Assembly (NCBI GenBank): GCA_951406725.2
Contig: OX597817.1
Span: 73,656,001-73,720,000 of the forward strand
Origin: Octopus vulgaris
Lineage: Eukaryota
Direction: 5' to 3'
DNA: 64,000 nucleotides
In this document: in pieces, positions 55,527-64,000 of the stretch
Numbering within the stretch: position 1 is the stretch's first letter
Layout of the letters: each line of letters starts with the position of its first letter
Notes under the pieces: model-generated
The model's database searches: none
The model's input: the letters and a program-made list of their open reading frames with translations, nothing else
Told to the model about the DNA's origin: nothing
Position numbers and translations under genes: made by a program

Positions 55527-56049
55527 ATCGAGGTTTTGGAAGAAATTTGGCTTCGAGCAATCCGTAGTAAATATAAAAAAACAAATTTCAAAGAAAATAG
55601 TAGTTTATTGAGACGGAAAGTTGTGGATTTTTTTCGTATCGAAGAACGCTCGCTATGAAACATGTTGCCCGGTTCTTTCCTACTCCGTAACTCTGCACAT
55701 TTTTATATACAAGACATGTGACCATAACAGGACACCTTGCATGCTGGAAAGGGCAGTTAAAGCCCAAACCACGAATATGAGTAATTTCAAAGGGAATGAA
55801 AAATAAAAACATTTCAGTAGTTACACCTATACTCGAGTTTCAACATCAATGTGCAAATAAAATAACCTGCCATCCGTGCATCATCAGTAAGGGTGCTAAA
55901 ATTACTGTATATATATGCAACACTGAAGACACACGTGTTCCATTCGTATACATTATAATTTTTCAAATCCACTGCGCAAGCGTAGCTAAAATCGGCAGCA
56001 AATAGTGAGAAGAATTAAAACTGTGCACCAAAATTCTTCAAAATTTCGA
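55527..56049. mobile_element. Putative MITE 1 carrying a shared core of about 280 bp
   Basis: Imperfect inverted ends tcgaggttttggaagaaattt / aaattcttcaaaatttcga; core at 55692-55971. Confidence 0.45.
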
Positions 56050-56080
56050 AAATATTACTATGAAAATAATAAGGGTAGAA

Positions 56081-56523
56081 ACTTTAGAGAAATATTCTAC
56101 CGGTGGCCAGCATTCGTAATAAAGTCAACATATTCTTCATATAAATTAGTCTACATTTTTATACACAAAAGTGGTGATCTTAACAGGATACCTTACATGC
56201 AGGAAAGGGCAGTTAAAGCCCAAACCACGAATAAGAGTAATTTCAAAGGGAATGAAAATAAAAACATTTCAGTATTTACCCTTATACTCGAGTTTTAACA
56301 TCATTGTGCAAATAAAATAATTTGCCATTCGTGCATCATCAGTAAGAGCGCTAATATTAATGTATATTCATACAACACTGAAGACACACGTATTCCATTC
56401 GTAAACATAATTTTTCAAATCCAACTGGTTTGGGTATAAGAATGTACACTAATTTATATGAAAAATATGTTGTCTATTGACTTCATTACGCATGCTGGCC
56501 ACTAGTAGAATTTCTCTAAATGT
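56081..56523. mobile_element. Putative MITE 2 with TIRs of about 45 bp, carrying the same core
   Basis: tttagagaaatattctaccggtggccagcattcgtaataaagtcaa / ttgacttcattacgcatgctggccactagtagaatttctctaaa; core at 56150-56423. Confidence 0.7.
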
Positions 56524-56892
56524 TCTCGTCTTATTATTTTCATACTAATATGTATGCATGTATGTATGTATGTATGTATGTATGTATGTATGTATGTATG
56601 TATGTATGTATGTATGTATGTATGTATGTTTGTATGTTTGTATGTATGTATATATGTACGTATGTATGTATTCACGCATACATGCACATACAAGGTGTGT
56701 ATCTTTATGTTTGTGTATTTACATTCAACTAAATTTTGTATTTCTGCACTTTTTCAGTTCTTCCTTTTCTTTAGCAAAGCAAACTTTTACTTTCGTTATT
56801 GGTATTTGTTATTGGTAATATGTTGATCTTACATAAATAATATATTATTTATAATACGTATTATTATATTATATATCATATACTACTACTAT

Positions 56893-56964
<72 letters not shown>

Positions 56965-56998
56965 AACCACGACAACAAGGACTACTGGTGGTGCTGTG

Positions 56999-57068
<70 letters not shown>

Positions 57069-57350
57069 GTAGTAGTAGTAGTTATTATTATTATTATTTC
57101 CATATATTCCTTCCATTAGGTACTTTTGACATTTAATTACGGTGAACATGGAGATTTCTTGGTTACAAAAAATTCTGCGAGTCTACCGTGAAGGCAGTGC
57201 AGCATCATGACCTTGTCTGTGATATCTAAAGCAAATAACAGAACGAAAGAACATATGCATATATACATCATGTAATATTATATAATATAATGAATACATA
57301 TGTGTGTGTGTATGTATGTATGTATGTATGTATGTATATATGTATGTATG

Positions 57351-57405
<55 letters not shown>

Positions 57406-57904
57406 CAGGAGAATTCACAATATACAAAAGACGAAGACAGGTGGTGTATTAGTTTAACGCTCGGGGAGTGAAAAAGTATAAGGACCTGTTAGTATCATCC
57501 GTTCTTCATAGTTTTCTTTCACCAATATCAAAGGTGGAATATCATATTAGAAAATCTTTCACATATTTATGTTGGTTATTGTTCCCGACGGAGTTCCAAG
57601 AGTAAATGTGTTATACACAAAGGCATTCTTAGTAACTAAAGTCGTCCAGTTTTTGTAATCATTCCAATTAAGATGCAAACTCTGGGTTGCTAGAGGTCTG
57701 TAGTTTTGATCAATAGTTCCAAATGCTCATGGCAATTTTCAATGTCAACATCATATTCTAGTTTAGAGCTTTTCAAAGGCGGGGGAAAAAATTTTATAAG
57801 ATGCTGGGGACAAATGGAAACTGGTCCAGGAGAGGGTGATAGATGCAGTGCTACACTTCTTTGCTTTTGTCTCCCATTTAAATATTGAAATTTAAATGTA
57901 ATAT

Positions 57905-58120
57905 TGATTTCAAATTTTTGCACAAAGACAGTATCTTCGGGGGAGGGAGAAAGACGATTATATCGACACCAGTGTTCAACTGGTACCTATTTTATTGACT
58001 CCGAAAGGATGAAAGGCAAAGTCGACCTCAGCGGAATTTGAACTCAGAACGTAAAGATGGATGAAATGACCCTAAGAATTTTGCCCAGCATGCTAACAAT
58101 TCAGCAAGCTCATCGCTTTA
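57905..58120 (-). mobile_element. SINE family A
   Basis: Reverse complement of the family A head and body. Confidence 0.85.
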
Positions 58121-58868
58121 AAATTAAATGAAATATTATCATTTGTTTCATAGCAACAAACACAACAAGAATACTATTAACTTCAGCAATATTTAAAATC
58201 TTTCAAATGCAGTAAGTTAAATAAACAAACTCGAATATATATCAGCAACGCATGTAAATTATATACATAAGACATTGTCAAAAGTGGTTATTTTCATGCT
58301 GACAATTTGGAAGGCTGTTGCACTTTACTCATGAACATATGCACGTGTACATGCGATGCATTTAATTCCGCTGAATCGCAGCCTGAAGGCGTTTATAAAA
58401 GTATCGGCAAAAGGAAGTGGATGATGGTTAAAAAAAAAAACTGAGAATTATTCGTCTACTCTCTGGCAATATATGTTTTCAGTACCCATCTACTGAGCTG
58501 TCAATGGGGGCGTTGACAGTTTGTGAATATGATTGAAGAAATATGCATTGGTACACATAGGTATGGCCAAGTTATGGACGTGCTCAGATTTTTGAATTGT
58601 TTCCTTCTATGGGGGAGAGTAAAACATTTAATTCCGCATGTATATAAGTATACATGTATGAATGCACATAAACATGCATGAATTTTTGTATGTATGCAAG
58701 GGTGCATGAATGCGTACATGTATGTATGTATGTATGTATGTATGTATGTATGTATTTATGTATGTATGCATGAATGAATGTATACAGCATGTATGTATGT
58801 ATGCTTTATTCTAGCATGTATCCTTGCATGTATATAAGTACATGCAATTATCTATGTTTATATGCATG

Positions 58869-58902
<34 letters not shown>

Positions 58903-59556
58903 TGTATGTATGTATGTATGTATGTATATGAAGCGTACAGTCTTGAATGTGTGGGTCTGTATTTTTGATGTCGTGCATATATATATCCCACTCTTTCCCT
59001 ATTTTTCTCCTCTCCCCTTCACCGTCCTCCTCCTCCTTGACTCTCGTTGCTCACACGTGAGCAACGGCTATCTATCTTTCTTGCTTCTACTTCCTTCCAA
59101 AAGACAAGACGTGCGTTTACCTCTCTCCTCAAAGCTCGTTTTTCCAGCATTCACCACTTCACACCGTCTTGGCTTAACCCTCACCGTTTGTTTTTACTGT
59201 TTTGTTTTTACTGTTTTGTTCTTACTGTCCTTTTTTTGTCACCACTTAAACCCTCCCCCAAAAATCCCAAATTTTATTTAATTTGCTTTGCGAGAAGGAC
59301 TGTTTTAACTAAGTCGCGGAGTAGATAAAACAGGGGACAACTGATGAAGGGAATGTTCTTTATGTTGCCTGTCTCGTTTCTCTATTTTTACTTTCGTTGT
59401 TCGAAAACAAGTTCGTTTTCTATGATTTTGTTTTTGTATGTTTTCGTTTCTCATTTGTTCATGTCTTTTGATATCCTCTACCCATATATGCATGTATATA
59501 ACATATATATGTAGGTATGTACATGTATGTATATGTGCATATATATATTATATATA

Positions 59557-59672
<116 letters not shown>

Positions 59673-59883
59673 CATTCCTCTTCACATCCTGAGTTCTTTT
59701 CAAAATTGTTCTTGTTAGTCCATTTTCAAGCTGCTTGACGTGTTGTTTTTGCGGGTTGCGATTAAACATTTTCTGCAAAGTTACACTGATTAGGATGTGG
59801 TTGGACTTTGCCTCTCATCATCAGCTTTTGCATTCTTGTCCCACCTTTTTGTACCGTCTCTCAATTCCACACTTCATAGCATG

Positions 59884-59955
<72 letters not shown>

Positions 59956-60526
59956 TCCCTCCCTATATATATACGTGACCGGTGTTCTGCCAGGCCTGAC
60001 CTTTCTTTCTTGGTTTATATATATATTCCTTATATATATACTTATATATATATATATTTGTGTATATATATAGGAATCTAGTGCTCTTAAATTTTCTTTG
60101 GAGTAGCCACACTGCAAAGATGATTTGGAACACGACTGAGGAAGGCGAATGACCCGTCCTTGTTTTTTCTTGCTCCTTTTGTATCCTCTAATGGATCGCC
60201 TGTTATTCTTGTCCCTACTAGTTTAAGTAGCCACATCTAAGTGGCAGGCAGATTCTCCACCAGCTGTATCTTCTCGTTTATAACTAGCTATATATATATA
60301 TATATATATATCAACAATCAAGGAACGGCATAATAGGCCATTCACCCACTAGAAATAACAGCCAAAGCTTCAACCGCCTGGGAGAAAATTTAAAAACATT
60401 TACCCTGTAATTTCTTATACATATACTAGTAGTAACATTTCATCTGCCACTTAGATGTGGCTATTCTGACCTTTTCTGTTTAGTATATGTTACTACTCTA
60501 TCTCTTCTCGACATTTTATAACTAGA

Positions 60527-60573
<47 letters not shown>

Positions 60574-60609
60574 GCACATGTGTGTGCATACATACATGTA
60601 AGTATGTGT

Positions 60610-60678
60610 GTTTGTGTTACGGGGACGTAAACACACCAACACTGGCAGCCAACCGCTAATGGGAGACAAAGGCTCAAC

Positions 60679-60749
<71 letters not shown>

Positions 60750-60900
60750 CGACGGGCTTCTTTCAGTTGCCACCTGCCAAATCCACTCATTTTAGTCGGC
60801 CCGAAGCCATAGCAGATTGCACTTGTCTAAAGTGTCACGTAGAGGGACTGAACCTAGAGCCAAGTGGCTGGGAAGCAAGCTTCTTACAACGGCCATACCC
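60610..60900 (-). mobile_element. SINE family B (rearranged/partial)
   Basis: gttacggggacgtaaacacacc and cgacgggcttctttcagtt...cacttg...gggactgaacc. Confidence 0.75.
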
Positions 60901-61678
60901 TGTGAACAAAAAGGAAAATAATTGAAGAGAAAACCCCTTTTATTTCGTATTTTATATTTCTCTGAATGATTATTTTTCACATACATTTCGTTGTTTTACT
61001 TGTGTGCAGAAGTTTCTATATCAGAACTTTTGAGGAAGTACACGTTTTCTCTGTGACCACCACTACTTCTGCATGGATTAATTGAATTATCCAAGGGATG
61101 ATATTGACGTTTTCATCTGTTTCCAGTATGTCTATGATGGCCAAGTTTGCGTTTTTTATTGTTACTATTTCATAGTAAAGTTTTATCTTTTCTTATGGTA
61201 TTTCGTTGGTCCATAATAAAGAAACCCATATCTATAGAAAGACCAGATTATAGTAAGAAAATATCGATTTAATACTTTCCACCTTTAGATCATTGTCGTT
61301 TTCGAAAGTTCCAGCTTTAGAACTTTCTATTCTTAGATCTTTCTTATAATCACTCGTTTTCTTATTTTCATTGGTGCTGTTCTGGTTCGGCTTTTGTTGA
61401 TCGGTATTCTCTTGGAATTTTGGGGGTTAGATTTAGTGAGGTTTTTGTTATTTCTGTCGTTTGCTGTTTTGCTGTTTTTTGTTTTGTTTTGTGTCTTTGT
61501 AGTTTGAATGCTATTTTCCTTTAAAATTTTTCGCTGTTTATGTTTTATTTATTTTTGTTAGATATAAAACATAGAAAGAGAGATAGCCAGAATTAAAACC
61601 AGAGTCAACTCCCATAATAATACGTGAATGTGATTGATAAAATGTGATACCGACAAACACACGCGCACACACGCGCAC

Positions 61679-61768
<90 letters not shown>

Positions 61769-61879
61769 TTTAAAACTCGATAACCCATATAACATATACT
61801 TTATACTGAAAATAGCACTACAGGGCAATTCGCTCGTGTTACATCGATAATAATAATGCTAATAATATGATAACATGAA

Positions 61880-62745
61880 AGGGAGAGCTGGCAGAATCGT
61901 TATCGCGTCGGAAAAACTGCTTAGCGGCATTTGTTCCGAATTTTCGTTGAGTTCAAATGCCGTCGGGGTCGACTTTGTCGTTTATCACTTCGGCGTCGGT
62001 AAAATAAGTACCAGTTGAGTACTGGGGTCGATGTAATTGACTTATCCCTCCCCCTAAATTGCTGGCCGAGAGCCAAAATCTGAAATCAATAACAGGATTA
62101 AGTAAAATACTTTCTACAATAGGCACAAGGCCGGGAATTTGTAGGGAGGGGGATAGTCGATCACATTGACCCTAGTACTTGACTGGTACTTAATTTATCG
62201 ACCTCGAAAGGGATGAAAGGCAAAGTCGACCTCTGCGGCATTTGAACTCAGAACGTAAAGACGGACGAAATGCCGCTAAGCATTTTGCCTGGCGTGGTCC
62301 TTTTTTATTATAGGTACAAGGCCTGAAATTTGGGGGAGGGGAATAGTCGATTACATCGACCCCAGTGCGTAACTGGTACTTAATTAATCGACCCCCCGAA
62401 AGTATGAAAGGTAAAGTCAGCCTCAAAGGAGTTTGAACTCAGAACGTAACGACGAGTGAAATACCGCTAAGCATTTCGTCCAGCGTGCTAATAATTCTGT
62501 CAGCTCGCCGCCTTAATAGTAACAACAAGAACAATAATAATAATATTTTCAATTTGGAAACAAGGCCAGTAGTTTCGAGGGGAACCGACACCAACAATAT
62601 CAGAATTGATGCTTTAAACTATAAAATCCACGAAGATGGAGCGCAAAGTTGATTTCGAAGGGATTTGAATTCAGTATGATAAGAACTTAAAGAAATATCG
62701 CAAAACATTTTCCCGGCGCTTTAGTGATCCACTAGTTCGCCTCCT
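61880..62745. mobile_element. Cluster of four SINE family A copies (+, -, -, - degenerate)
   Basis: About 61880-62090 (+), 62108-62295 (-), 62300-62515 (-) and 62545-62745 (-). Confidence 0.85.
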
Positions 62746-63676
62746 TGAATTCGTTTTTAATTTAGGCTCAAGGCCAACAGTTTTGAGGGAAAGGGCTGAT
62801 CAATCGATTACATCGGCTCACAATGTGGGAGGATGCGGTCCAGGATGTGACGACAGTAGGAATTTCATAATAAGGTCAAGTGACGGTGTTGGTTGAGAGG
62901 GATGGGTTGGGTGACGGTAACTGTGCGCTTTACCAGCAGGAGAGCGAGGATGAGAAGGAGTAGGAAACAATGGTATCAATGTGAGCTGAAGGAAAGGATG
63001 AGGCTTGCTTATTAAAAGTAGAATTTTAATAGAGTAGACGTATGTGTAAGTGCGTGCAGTCTAAGTTTTGAGCGAATTTCTCTGAGAATGTGTGCATTTA
63101 TGCTTTCGATGCTGCTTCTAGTCGTGACCATTATATTGTGCTGCTTTATATATTGCGACACCAGACTATAGAAAAGTTTGCGGTGCACCAACCAACTGTC
63201 TAGAAGAGGTCTTGTCTTCTAGTGACACCCTCGCTTTTGATATTCAAGTGTCCTATATGTCCTCCTCTGTTTGACTGAAACCATATTGTCCCACATACTG
63301 GCTAGGAGTTCCGATCATTACTCCTTCGTGGAGACACAGAATGTCGTTCTGGTTTTCGAGAAGCAGAGATATGTAATTTTCCTATCTTTTGAGATATAAA
63401 ATTCTCCGGCAACGAAGCGGAATTTTTATATTTCTATACTCTTTCTTTATTTTTTTCTTTAAGTGCAATCTCATATCCAAAGGTTTTCTTTGCAAAACTA
63501 CGTTTCTTATTGTCTACGCTGTCATTTTTCACTACCAGTATCTGTGCTCATATTACAAACATATTCTTCGTGTTTTTCCTCAATTTTGAAACAACTAATA
63601 TTTTGTGTTTATAATTGCACCTGCGTTTACTTGTTCTGTTTATCATTTTGGCTTTAAAAGGGCGCATTTATTTTTG

Positions 63677-63996
63677 TGGAGGCGCAAGGCCCAGTGGTTA
63701 GGGCAGAGGATTCGCGGTCGGAGGATCGCGGTTTCGATTCCCGGACCGGGCGTTGTGTGTGTTTATTGAGCGAAAACACCTAAAGCTCCACGAGGCTCCG
63801 GCAGGGGTTGGTGGCGACCCCTGTTGTACTCTTTCGCCCCAACTTTCTCTCACTCTTTCTTCTTGATTCTTAAGTAACGCTGCGATGGACTGGCGGCCCG
63901 TCTAGCTGGGGGGAACATATACGACATAGAAACCGGGAAACCGGGCCCATGAGTCAGGCTAGGCTTGAAAAGGGCGCATAAATAAAAAATAATAAT
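63677..63996 (+). mobile_element. tRNA-derived SINE family D with a V-domain-like core
   Basis: Head ggcgcaaggcccagtggttagggc...ggtttcgattcc; ctgcgatggactggcggcccgtc resembles the V-SINE core; A-rich tail. Confidence 0.8.
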
Positions 63997-64000
63997 CAAT

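Noticed and set aside
59338-59372. caaCTGATGAagggaatgttctttatgttg
   Set aside because: It has a core box and a hairpin but lacks GAAA and stem III. At most it is a decayed motif.
63677-63755. tRNA-like sequence as a real tRNA gene (also the heads of SINE families A-C)
   Set aside because: It continues into a SINE body and tail, and the cloverleaf is imperfect.

Overview
This is AT-rich eukaryotic DNA saturated with microsatellites and transposon debris. The SINE families and repeat landscape suggest a coleoid cephalopod (Octopus-like) intron or intergenic region; this is inferred from pattern recognition, not a database hit. No intact host gene is evident, and almost all ORF-track entries are translations of simple repeats. 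The window holds at least four tRNA-derived SINE families in many copies and several R4/Dong-like RLE-type LINE pieces sitting in (TAA)n tracts, the best preserved at 35519-36900. It also holds CR1/L2-like and RTE-like RT remnants, Penelope-like RT and GIY-YIG remnants, mariner/Tc1 remnants, hAT-like and Merlin-like MITEs, and a non-autonomous Helitron. The most notable signal is an apparently intact type I hammerhead ribozyme (54691-54781) with an unusually long stem II and a palindromic stem III. It lies in the spacer of a near-perfect 172-bp inverted repeat that is itself embedded in (TA)n. Other fold-back elements and degenerate hammerhead-like motifs occur elsewhere in the window.
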